Positions 11,165 to 23,200 of a stretch of 64,000 nt of DNA are shown one piece after another. Under the pieces are notes generated by a model that worked only from the letters and a program-made list of their open reading frames with translations, did no database searches and had not been told where the DNA came from. The stretch covers positions 1,302,001 through 1,366,000 of the forward strand of contig CM102286.1 in NCBI GenBank assembly GCA_046563655.1. Direction: 5' to 3'. The stretch's first letter is position 1, and every line of letters starts with the position of its first letter. A program made the translations under genes and the position numbers. This DNA comes from Yuukianura sp. NJ FZ-2021 (taxonomy: Eukaryota).

Positions 11165-11884
11165 GCACGGTTCACACAACACATTATTTCCACGCAGTTT
11201 GAATAATTCCGGAATTGGAAGTTATTGTGTGACTAGCACTACTGTCCTCTGAAAATCAGTTTTGTTGTTACAATTACAAATAGTGGTTTGGTTGGGCTTT
11301 TAGTAATTAGAGGAGTTGACATCGTAGGTTTGAACGTAGAACGCGCGTTTGCAGCGTTCACTTTCCTTCTACGTTTGCTGTAAAAGTTGACGTAGAGATT
11401 TCAATTTGAAATCGCACGTATAAACTTATAGAAAAAAAATGGAATTCTAAACGAATGTGAGAAACCATTATTATTATTTGAAACGTGATTGGTTTCAAAA
11501 TATTTTTGTGATTTGTGGTCACAAATTGACCTCTGAGGTCACCACTTGACCTTATGACAGGCAACCCCATGCAAGTAATATCTTGATGGAAAGGGCTTGA
11601 TAAGCTGATTCTGAGCAAATATAATTTATAGAAGAATTTCTGGAAGACTTTCTGGAAGAAATGGTAATTCCAAAAATAATAAACTGCGCCATTTGTGCGC
11701 AGTTTTAGCGCATTTAGTGCGCAGTTTATGCGCATCTAGTGCGCAGGTTATGCGCAGTTTATGCCCAGTTTCATGCTGCATTCTGTATTTCATAATCAAA
11801 ATTTAGTTTGTGCGCAGTTCATGCGCAGTTCATGCGCAGTTTTAGCGCAGTTATGCGCATTTTGATAGTTTGTGTGAACCGTGC
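11165..11884. mobile_element. 720-bp TIR element inserted at TTAA in the right arm of element B
   Basis: TIR GCACGGTTCACACAA / TTGTGTGAACCGTGC; TTAA on both flanks (11161-11164, 11885-11888; could also be read as a TA TSD); internal ~11-bp tgcgcagtt repeats. Confidence 0.8.
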
Positions 11885-13146
11885 TTAAACTTCAGATGAA
11901 AGCGGTTTTTTACCTCTTCAAACCTCTTCAAATTTGCTTCAAAAAATTAGTTTAAAAAATGTCAAATATCCACTCTAGTTAAAGAGAAAAAATCAAAAAA
12001 TACCCATGACAACTCTATGTTTGAAATTGAATTTTTTATGATGCACCCTTTAACATTGGGAGTGAGGTGCTAGAAGTGAGGTGCTGACTTGACGCACCGG
12101 GGGGGATGCGTCAAGTCAGCACCCAAACACCTCACTTTTTTAAAAAAAAATTGAGGTGCTGAGGTGATGTCTTGACGGTGGGGTATCCTTTAACACAGAG
12201 CTGAGGTGCTGAAATGAGGTGCTGTCTTGACGGTGCTGAAATTGAGGTGCTGGCTTGACGGTGATGAGGTGCTGTCTTGATACACCCTTGGAACTTTCTT
12301 GTACCAAATGGAAATTGTTAACGAAAGAACCCCTCCTACCAATTGCAGACATATTGAAAATTGCTAATTCAAAAAAATTGAGCAAAGAAAAACAGTCGTT
12401 GACGAGTAATCCACTGGGCCTAATGAAAGGTAAGTCAAATAACTTCAAATCACATGAATTAAACATTAAAAGTAATTAAGTACTAAATAAATCTAATTGG
12501 ACTTTATTTTCTTTTTCAACATTGAAGGGTTGAAGGTTTTAAAAGTGACATGGAGTGATGACACAACAATTGACTGGGTTTTGTACATCTCAGCTCTTGG
12601 GCAGATTAATAGACTTGAGTGTCTTGACGTGCACATGAGCAAAAAGTATCAGGAAGTAAGGAAATTTTAATTAATTCGTTAAATCGTTTATTTTAGTGTA
12701 ATTCCAATCATGTTATAAAATGTTATAACATGTTATAATGTTATAATGTATAATGTATGTATAATGTACATTATAATTATACATCACATGTTATAATGTA
12801 TATTACAGTATTTATCTTTTATATTTTTAGGACATGTGCTCTAATCAAGTGAAGAAGTTGCTACACAATTACCATAACAATTTCAATTTCGAAATTAAGT
12901 AAGTTACAGCTAGATGTTAGCAAGGAAGTCTTTGCAACTTCCGTGTTTCAGTTCCTAACAAAATGTAAAAATTGCTGGTTAATGTGAAAATTCTTAAATA
13001 TAACTTTAAAAGTAGTATGATAAGTAATGCTAACTAAACAATTAATTATAATTTTAAATCTCAACTGCACCAAATTTTTCTAAACTAAAAATAACAGTTA
13101 TGTGAGTAAAATCAAAATATTTTAAGTGAGGTTGAATTGAATCCTC

Positions 13147-13746
13147 CTAATGGCGAATGTCTTCAGAAAAGCCACATCCAGTGTTCCATTGTCCATCTTC
13201 TTCCCAGAAACCATTTGCGCAGGAGTAGAAGTATCCAGACCGCCCTTTTCTAGGTTTTGCGAAATCCAGTGATTCGCAGTCGCAATGTGGTCGATTAAAT
13301 TTGAATCCATGAACAATTAAACGGTTGCAATTTCTGCGCCGCTCTATGGCTCTATCATCAGACTGTTTTCTCCATTTTAAATACCACTTTCCTTCCGCTT
13401 CACTGAGAATGTTGAGCCGCACTGCCAACTTGATAAGTGGACCCGTAGAAATGTAATTTGTTGTATCTTTGATTAAATGTGCAAGTGACGTTCTGCAGGT
13501 CTTTGTAACTTTTAGGTCTGGTTCATTGAAGTGATTGATGCATACATTCCCAACTGTTAGCATCTTCATGTTATGATTATTTCTGATAACACAATTCTGA
13601 AAGATTTTGTGACGACAAAGGCAGCGACTTTCATTGTCAAATATGATCAATAACTTCCACTCCTTTTTTGCAGTTTCCCAGTCTTTGGACTTACTGTTTT
13701 GGATTACCAAACTCTTCAGCAGCGCTTGATTACTTTTCTCTGACAT
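13147..13746 (-). CDS. 199-aa intronless Cys-rich protein with a C-terminal GRF-like zinc ribbon; possible viral/bacterial origin
   Basis: Clean ORF with WETAKKEW...CLCRH...VGNVCINHF and a C-terminal CDC...GYFYSC...CGF; predicted 5'UTR intron 13782-13848 (GTAAG...CACAG) and TCAGTC Inr-like sequence near 13905-13910. Confidence 0.65.
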   Translation of the reverse strand: MSEKSNQALLKSLVIQNSKSKDWETAKKEWKLLIIFDNESRCLCRHKIFQNCVIRNNHNMKMLTVGNVCINHFNEPDLKVTKTCRTSLAHLIKDTTNYISTGPLIKLAVRLNILSEAEGKWYLKWRKQSDDRAIERRRNCNRLIVHGFKFNRPHCDCESLDFAKPRKGRSGYFYSCANGFWEEDGQWNTGCGFSEDIRH

Positions 13747-14612
13747 GGTGTTTTTAGTTGGTTTTTAAACAGTGCTCTAACCTGTGAAACAAACGAATGA
13801 TTTTATCTTATAGTACTAGTACAGATATAACAATGTGTTAAACCTTACCTTCACGTATCCACCAGTATTGAAGAAAGATGTTACGACAGCGATAGCTCAA
13901 CACCGACTGACTAGAAACTGAAGTTGCACAATGCACATGCAATTAGGGATGTCTCATTTATTCTAACTAGAATTTTATGGATGATGCAATGATGCAAACG
14001 GTAGTTGGCGTTGTTTTGTGGTCCCTACAGGAGTAGTATCTAACTACCGTATACAAACTACTACTATACGGTATCTGGTAGGAGGACAATTATTGGATGG
14101 TACTGTGTGTACATGATGCGTATACTAAGTATGTAATGCAGTGCCTATTAAAATGAACAATTTTGACAGTAGGCAGTTTGCATTATGCAATGCAGTTTCA
14201 GCAAATTGAAAACTGGGAGTATATCCTTTCTTTTGTGACCCCTCACAGCCAAAGTGCTGGGGAAGGAGGGGGACGCTGCTCAGCAGTCACAAAAGAAAGG
14301 TAGCAAAACCCACAGACACACACAGATAAACAGGGTCTCGATTTTATATAAGTACCTAGATGATATAAATATAAACATGAATATAAGTGAATATAAATAT
14401 AGAACGTATATTTATATTCTATATTTCGCTCTATAATTCGGTTTGCAGTTACTCTCTAAAGGTGTCGCAAATACAAATACGAATTAATTTTCATGTTCCA
14501 TTTAATCTGCAATTAAACCGTTTAATAAAAGTCTTCAATTTAATTCATTCAGCAATAAAAAAAAAGATCACTTGGAAAAGAAATCAAAGCGGAAGAGTAG
14601 CGACTAGCGAGG

Positions 14613-16006
14613 TCAGTCTTTCCGCATAGCCAACATTGTGTTGACATCCCAAATTATTTGACGAAGATGGTCAATGGTTTCCTTCAACTGTCGGTTCTTC
14701 AAGGTCACTTGCTGCAGGAAAAGAAAACGATTTCATTAATCAAACACCAAAGACAATCAATTCTTTAGTGGATTAATTAAAGACTTACCTCTTGCACTTC
14801 TCGATATTCTTCCAAAGCTTGGCGATATGCATCCGTATTTTTATGTTCCTCTCGCTCCATGTCAATGTCCCTGTTTTCTACTTTTGCATTCACAGAGCCA
14901 CCATCCAGATACGGTATCAAGCTCTGGAGTAATGATTAGAATTAAGTCAATTTAACAATGACAAAGTGATTAAATTAAGTTATTTTATTACTTGAACTTC
15001 TTCATCCATATCCTCCGAACTTGGAAACACTTCTTCCACCTTATCGTAAATAATTCGTAGCCTCTTGAGTAATCCCTTGACGGCTCTCAGCATTTCGTTG
15101 AGTTTTTGTTTCCGATCAACTCCTGCTGTAAACATCTTCCCGTCAGGAGGTTGTGTCTGTTTCAGCGTGCCAAACATTTCGTGAATTTTGTTCACAAATT
15201 CCTGAACGGTCTCTTGCCCAAGACGACAAAAGGAGGCGGCATTTACTTCCTTTGGAGCTTGCTGAGCGACCTGTTGTTGCTGTTGTTGTTGTTGCTGCTG
15301 CTGCTGTTGTAGTTGTTGCTGCTGCTGCTGTTGTTGTTGCTGAGACTGCGGTTTCTGCTGTTGAGGAGACTGTGGTACAAATGCCCCGGATGCTGATGGG
15401 GGCGTTTGGTTTTGAACGGAAGCCATGTCACCTGCTCCGCCTTGTGGTTTAACTGCTACTGGTGGTGTTGGTGCCGGCGAGTTCTGTTGGGATTGTGAAT
15501 ACGGCATTACTTGTGGGTTCACATTCATGTTTCCAAATCCTGTATTCTGCATGGGCATTCCGCCTCCACTCTGGAACAAGAAAAGGAATGAATTGACAGT
15601 ATCGGTTTACGTATTCAATCAAGTTGGCTCGGTTTACTATACAATTCAACGTTAATCCGAAAACAGTAAGGAACAAACTATTCTGGTCATGCCCATGCGA
15701 CATACCGATCCCGGCGTTCTGGGGTTTGGTAATTGCTGTTGTGGCATGAACGTAAAGTTTCCAGTATTCTGATACCCGGGTCCGAATCCTGTTGGTGTCG
15801 ACGGTTGGCTGGTGTACCCTGTAATAAATAATTACAAAAATATACTACATAAAGTACAATTCGTCATTAAGAAATACAACTATAATCAATAGCGGAACAT
15901 TACCTCCATGATGTGCCGGAGTATTTGCGTTTCCGTTTTGATTTTGATTGAATTGCTGTTGCATGGGTGGCTGCTGCCCCATCTGATGATTAAAATTGTT
16001 TTGCAT
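14613..16006 (-). CDS. MED30: Mediator of RNA polymerase II transcription subunit 30
   Basis: KEVNAASFCRLGQETVQE and the C-terminal LRQIIWDVNTMLAMR match MED30; Q/P-rich N-terminal exons with poly-Q; ATG 16006 (alternative 15982), TGA 14613-14615. Confidence 0.9.
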
Positions 16007-19000
16007 GATTCGCAAACGATGTTATTCGTCTTGACCAAAATTCAAGTGCTATCGTTCAACGTTTGCTTTGATTTTTCTGCGAAAGACCCAAAAAACGTAA
16101 ATAAAACGGTTTGACAACCGGTTACTCAACTACAGCGCTTCACCTTTGTCAGTAGTGTTGGGCATACACAAAGTTTGTCAATTAACATAATTTTCACTTT
16201 CATTGCATTTATTTGTACTAAATTCAAGTTTATTTTAATTGAATTTAAAAAGTGTTTTAAAAACGCGCATGGCTGTCACTGGCGGTTATTTTTAAACTTT
16301 AAGCGTTCAACTGTATTGAATTCCCCAACAGCATAAAAGATCCAGTTTTTCGTGTTTAGATGGCACTTGAAACGGTGATTGAAGTTTCTGCCAAAGTAAA
16401 ACGTAACCCCTACTATAAATTAACGTTTCGGAATTGCATTTGAAAACAATTACACGTTTCAATGAACAAGATGTGAAACTCATAAGGTATACATTCGTTT
16501 AATCATAATTAATATCACACCTGAGCCTTTACATTCACTGAATTCCCAAATTTACAAAGTTCGCTGACCAATACATTTCAAATTTCAAAAACAGAAAAGA
16601 AAAAGAAAAAGAAAAACAGATAAATGAATTTCATGCGGAAAAGATGACAATGAATTTCATGAAAAAGAAGAGAACAATTAATTTCCTGAACTTCTCGACA
16701 AAGTTTGCTTCATGCATATTCCGGTCAAACCGTTATTGCTGTTACCTGTGTCAAAAAACGAGAAAAAAAAAATCTTTTTTTTCCTAAAGAAAAATTACTT
16801 TTACGACAACTTGGAAGTTGGATTACGTCGCCAGGATGTCGTGTTGTTGTGACCCTGTCATCATGTTGACTTTTTTCAAAAGAAAAAAAAGAGAGCCCTT
16901 AAAACTTTTACATGTGTACATTGTCATTGTTAAATTGTTTGATTAGGAGACTTGTACAAAATGAAATAAGGGTCCACCCCCAAGTGGGAATAGGATCCCA
17001 AAGTGCTCCGACATTTTAGTCGTGACAGGCGCCAAATGAAGTATGACGACCCTTAAATGGCGGGAGTATTTCCAAAAAAATTCAAATTCAAAATGGACTC
17101 TATTCCCAGTGCCATTAGGCGGACATAAATCCAGGAGCCTCTAAGGACCCTCTGTCCTGTCACTCACTAATTTCCGTTCATAATTTTTAAAATCCGTCCG
17201 TTGCTGCCCCCCATGATTTGAGAAGAGTGAAATGCGGGAGGGATTTTTTGAAATTTGATGATGCTGAAGAGAGTGCATTAGAAGGACAAAGCTGAAGAGG
17301 GGAATGATGATGATGATGGTGGTGAAAGGGGGAAGTCATGGATGTGATTCGATCCGTCCAAGTACAACGTAGTGAAAATAACATTTAGGTTAGATTTTTA
17401 GCCTCTGCTCAAGTACTGGAAGTGTCACTGAGGTTGTCGCTCTTCAGGAACTGACTTTTGGACATGAAGAGGCTGTTCACAACGGTTGTCAAGTGGAGAG
17501 GGGAAGTAGCAAATTCATTTGTGTCTTCTATTTTCAGTCTAGACAGTACTTCCTCACAACTAATGTTGTCAATTTCAAATTTCCCGCTCTCGAAAATGCA
17601 CAATTATTCTGCACAGAAGTACTTCAAAGTCAAGTACAAAGGCAAATGAAAAGTGACGAATCGACGGACCAATTAAATTGCTTCAAACTTTCATTTTTGT
17701 TCCATTGCTTTAGCGTTGTACGTTTCACATTCATTTCATTCTAAGATTTCAATTTCCCGCTATTTTTTTTTCAATTTTTTTTTCAAAAACTTGAGCTGGC
17801 AAGATCATTGTTGGAGAAAGTGCTAAGATTGACTGGAGAAAGCTTGAGTGAAAGTGAAAATTTCCCCTGCTCGTTTCCTCTCATCTTTTTTCTTCCCTTC
17901 CGTCTCGTTTTCTCATCTTCCAGAAGATCTGAGATCTTTTGATATAACGTGAATCTTAGGTTAGGCTACACGTTAAGTTCGGTTTCTATACTAAAGAAAT
18001 ACTTTATTCTGTTCGCACACTCTGATTTCCAAGAACATCTTTTCAAAAACATGAAAAAGACTACACTTTTTTAGCTCCTAGACTCTTTTTCTAGCTTTAG
18101 GAAGTTTTAGGTTCCACAACTCTCGGGAAAATCCATCTTTTTTACTCCTGGGACTTTGGGAGAAGAGGGAAACTTGAATTCAATATTGCTGAAGATCCAC
18201 ATGGAAAAGTATGGAAGTTGTTCCCCTACTCCTAGAACTTTTTTATTAGACGCTTCAGAAGAATCAAAAGAAAGGGAAACTGTCACTTCCCAATTTTCCA
18301 AATTATTAAGTCCCTCTCTGCTCCTCTCCCCTCTACATTTTGTATTGAATGTTCAAGAAAAGATTGAATAACGTACGACTTTTTTTTTTTTCTTCCAAAG
18401 TAAAAAAATTAATATTGACTTTATTCATACTTTCATATTTTTCACTTTCACCTGCCGCAGCAGGTGAAAGACTTTTTTTTTGTTGTGTGAGCAAATGTAA
18501 CCACAATTTTGAAGAAATAAATTTTTTGGTCACCCTACTTAAAATTAATAACAGTCCTTCATCCATTCCTTGCGCCGTTCGTAGTAATTTGTGTCCAGAA
18601 AAAAACAAAAAAATCACAAAATTTTTTTCGTTTGTATTTTCCAGTTTCACTCTTGTGTTGTTTTTTTCCAGAAAAGGAACAAAAATTGAATTTTTCATTT
18701 TTTTTTTGAATTTTTCAAAAGACTAATTTTAATTGTAGCAAACCTGCTGGCCGTTTGTTGAAGAAAGCTAAATTATACGACATTGTCTGTCTGTCTGTCT
18801 GTTTTTGAATAGTGTTGAAAATTAAAATTTTTTTGACAAATTGCAAGTTTTCCGTGATTTTAATTTTGTGCATGTTGAACGGAATTTGAAATGGCTTTTG
18901 TGCCCGGAATTTGAGTTCGTGCTTATTGATTTTGCGGGAAAGTTTGAATCTGTGGACTGGTTTTCATCAACTAAATTGGTTTTTCTTTCTTTAGCGGAAA

Positions 19001-20272
19001 TGGAAAAGTGAGGAGACGAGCGTTAAGCCTTCCATGATCATTCCGACGTTCTGCTTTCTGTCGTCGTTAGCCTAAAAAAAGAAAAAAGTGAAAGCTCGTT
19101 TGCGGAGCTGCTGAAAAGCTTGGAGCTTGATTAGATTCGGGAGCTGTGGTGTTAGAGCCCGGGAATTTGTGAGCGTGAGGCGGGTATTGTAGAATACCCG
19201 GGTATTTGTGCTTCCTATTGATTGGTTGAGGAGGAAGGGTTGAGTGAGTAATGGAGTGGAGGCTGAGCTGACAGGGAGCTGGGTGGCTCAGTTCCAACCC
19301 CAAACAAGAGAGCGAGCTGACAGGGATTCCCATTGTTCATTGGTCCTAGGCTGGCTTCCGAGTTGCCATGGGAATGTGGAAATTGAGGCGGGTCTTGACG
19401 AAAACCAACTTCCTAGTGAGTATAGCGAGGGGTGGGGAGGGTGTGGGTGGGGTGGGGTTGCGCCGCCGATAGCCTTGATTAGGTGGCTATCCATGACGGA
19501 GTGGGAGGCTCCTGACGGAGCAAGGGATCCTAGGCAGTGATACACTAAAGGGAGGCTCATCCGCCGAAGCCTTGCCTACTCACCAACCACACCACCGCCA
19601 CCAGGAGCCACTGGCTACGTCGCCACCTCATCGAATCCAACTCGGGGTATCACTCCGAGATCACTAACGATCCATCCAACGATAGCCACTCTCATAGCAA
19701 ACCAGACTCTCATTACGACAACACCGTGTCATTCATACTCCGCAGTACACGGGTCACCGACTCACGTTTCAACAACAATAGGACACCAACGGAGGTCAAA
19801 CGGCTCCAAAGTTTGAAAACTTTGGGCCACTTACAAAAAAATTTAACGTTTTTCAAAAAAAAAATTTTTTTTTGAAAAAGTTGTCCAGTCTCAGACGTTT
19901 TTGCCCCACCGGGAGAAAGTTGCTCTTCAAGCTTTATTTTTCTTACAAAAACTTGAAATTTTGAAGAACATTTTGAACATTTTTGCAAATTGTAGAATTT
20001 GTGCAATTTGTACAATTTGTGCAAAATAGTGTAAGAGTTGTTCATAATTTTGAACATTGCAAAGTGTAAATTCGAGGGTTGTGAAAAAGTGAAAGTTTTG
20101 AGGACAATTGGAACGTGAAATGTGAAATTTTGAAACAAAAGGGTTCGGGTGTTTTAAATTTTTTTGGGAGTTTTGGATTATGAAACTCCAAAAAAGGTGA
20201 AAAGTACAACTCGAATTGGACTTTTTGTTTTGAAAAGCTTAAAAATTGGCGCTTAAGCTGGCGCCTGAACCA

Positions 20273-23200
20273 ATGAAAACGGGCAGTGGCGAGGCTGCAG
20301 CAGCCGAAGCAGCCAAAGATCCTGGCGTCACTAAATCCGATTTGGAAGATTTGAATTCCTCGGCTGGCACTCATTCTGAAAACTCAATTAGTCCTTGCCA
20401 GTCGCCAAATAGCGGTAAGTTTTTTTAAAAAGTCCTTTTTTAAAACAGGTCAATAACCTTTTTCTAAAAAAAAAACTTTTAAAAACTTCCTGACATTAGG
20501 CACCCAGTCACCACGAGAACGGAGTGACCACGAACACTCTCATTTTGAATCCGTTCCGCGCCATTTCATCCACCCATTTCTTCTCCGTGACTTTGAATCT
20601 GCTCATCACCACCACCAAAAACTACTCCTGGAAAACTGCACCCACCAAAATTCAAATTCTCCGCCCCACCAGCCCCACCCGCCCCACCTCAGCAATAAGT
20701 CAATCATTATTCCACAGGCTTTAAGAATGGCCCTGGGTCTCGGCGGGCCCAATTTCGGTCCAGGGCTATTTCAAGCTCCAAATGGAAATCCTGGTGGCCC
20801 GCCAAATTCAAATTCAAACGGCCCGCCAGTGCCCGCTCCCACGAGTGGCCCGCCTACCCACGGTGGCCTGCCTGCTCCAACTCCTTTGCTTCCGAATCAC
20901 ATGATGGCTGCTGCTGCTGCTGGACTTCCGACATTAAATTTTTCAGTGTCGCAAGTCGCCGCTGTTTGTGAGACGCTGGAAGAAAGTGGCGACATTGAGC
21001 GCCTGGCGCGTTTTCTCTGGTCCCTGCCTGTCGCTCACCCCAACATTGGTGAGCTGAGCAAAAGTGAGTCAGTGCTGCGTGCTCGTGCCATCGTGTGCTT
21101 CCATTCTGGCAACTTTCGTGATCTGTACCATATTCTGGAGACGCATAAGTTTACAAGAGACTCTCATGCCAAGTTACAGCAAATGTGGCTAGAAGCACAC
21201 TACCAGGAAGCGGAGAAGCTAAGGGGCCGAGCCCTTGGTCCGGTAGATAAGTACCGCGTGAGGAAAAAGTTTCCGTTGCCAAGGACAATTTGGGACGGAG
21301 AGCAGAAAACACATTGCTTCAAGGAACGAACACGGTCACTCCTACGTGAATGGTATCTGCAAGATCCGTATCCGAATCCGACTAAAAAGCGAGAACTGGC
21401 CACTGCTACCGGACTCACGCCGACACAGGTCGGCAATTGGTTCAAAAACCGGAGGCAGAGAGACCGGGCAGCAGCAGCTAAAAACAAGTAAGAACAATTT
21501 AAAAAACATTTTTCAAAAAAAAAAGTCAAAAGTGGTTAAAAATATTTTTTTAAAAAAAAGTTGCCCCACTTAAAGATTAGTGTAGGGTAGAAATAGTAGT
21601 TTTGGTTATGTACTCTGTCGTGTGTGTCGGTTCGTCCTGGATCAAACCGGTACTATGCAGGGAAAGGTGTTTTAGATTATGTACGATGTCAAGTGCCGGT
21701 TCGTCCTGCATCAAACCGGTATTTCGGTTCGATTCGGAAAGTCACGAGGTCAAAGATCAGTTAGGTTTGATCAGCAACTTAGAAAATTTGAATGGTTAGA
21801 AATTGGAATATTTTGTCTTTGTTTTTTAAATTTTCTGTTTCTGACGTTTTTTTTTTGGTTTCTCGAGCAGAGGAAAGTTTTGCTCGAGGGATTTGAACTT
21901 TAGCGGAACTTTGTGTTGAAAAATGGACCGAATTCGGTTCAAATTTAAGCTGGAACAAAACAAATTCTCTCCCCTTGGTCTGTGTTCCTTTGAATCGTAA
22001 TCTGATGTAGAGTGAGATTGAAAAATGATTCGGTGAGTAGATAAGAAATGATCAAAAAGACCCCCAGAAGGGGGCACAATGGAAACAGAACACTTTTTCT
22101 TTTGACCTCCCCTCTTGCTCCACTGAATCACACAGAATGAAAACATAACTTTTGACAAATGGCGTCACGTTGCGGCAGGCGTTCCTCAGTTCAAATTTTC
22201 CCGCTTTTTTGAAGTTAGCGTATTGAACAAATTCGCACGAGTCCTCAAGTATATACTCCAAAGTGCCACAGATTATCACACCATCAAGCACACTTTTATT
22301 TTCTACTGCAACGAAAGTTCAATTTTCCCCCTTTTTACATAAATTCAAGTCCCCAAGGGAAGAAATCCTATAAGAATTGAGTTTTTTTTTTTCAATTTTT
22401 CATTTTCGGTTATCCAAAATTTCAATTTGCTAGTCCAAAATTTTGACAGCCGCTTTTGTCGATGCAAAAAAAAACACTAGAAATTTGTTGTAACTTGATC
22501 CGCTGTGCTTGACACTTACGGTTTACTCTAACAAGTCCGTAATTGCATTCGGACTTGAAACTTGATCCGTGGCTAATGAGAATGTCTCTGTTCATAGCTT
22601 GGTCGATACCGTAAAGTTCCGAGAAAGTTTCAAAAGCAAGCCAAAACAGTTGAAACAAAGATGTTCTGTATTTGTTTTTTCTAAAACCCGGGAAAATCGA
22701 TTCGAGCGAGGAGCTTTACGGTATTAAGCTCATGATAAGATTAGAGTGAGATACCGTTTCGTTGTACCGGTTCTGTTAGATCCGGATATTCATCTTGTGG
22801 AGCTTTTACTCTAACATAATGAGGGTCTCAAGTTAGGTTTTGTAGGTTGTAGGCTGTAGGATGAAAAATAAGTGGAGTAAATCCCCTTCTAGCTTTCACC
22901 TTTGAGAGAAAGGAGAAAGTGTCTCATTTTCCCCCGTCGGCCATTTGTGTCCAGATCCAACACTTTCTTTGAACTTTTTAGAAAAGGCGAGAAAAGAGAA
23001 TTAACTCCAGCTCTCGATCCGGGTATTGTACCCCCCTCCCCCTTGTATTTTTTCAAGAGAGGGGGTTTAGGTGGGGGGATGCCCGGGTAAGTTCAAAAAG
23101 CGGGTATTATTTTGAATCCTAGACTGTGCGTTAGGTATGAGCTTAAAAGCATCTCCTTTCTGCTTTTGAGTTGGGCTCGATTGTCATTCTGCTCTCGACT

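Larger units (their letters stand above)
8883..12287. mobile_element. Mutator/Foldback-like composite element B (9-bp TSD) with nested insertions
   Basis: Outer arms 8883-~9150 and ~12020-12287 essentially identical (GGGTGTATCAAGACAGC...); TSD TTGGAACTT at 8874-8882 and 12288-12296; inner arms ~9153-9550 and ~10730-11160 include the element A arm sequence. Confidence 0.9.
6352..12902 (+). pseudogene. F-box/LRR-like gene interrupted by a 3.4-kb transposon in exon 2
   Basis: Exon 1 6352-6390 (MSKKVSNKIVLPD) splices in phase 0 to 7827 (LAIWRILSY...CRLVNRRW, F-box). The LRR-like frame runs to ...KLVELEL at 8882 and resumes after the TSD at 12297 (SCTKWKLL...). Further exons ~12528-12655 and 12831-12902 (TAA). 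With the insertion the frame stops at 9038. Confidence 0.8.

Noticed and set aside
14030..14075. agtagt/actactact plus a small hairpin near the foreign-looking gene as a Polinton or Helitron end
   Set aside because: No matching opposite terminus, TSD or hallmark genes.
15106..15655. Plus-strand poly-Leu/Val/Ala ORFs
   Set aside because: Antisense shadows of the MED30 poly-Q region.
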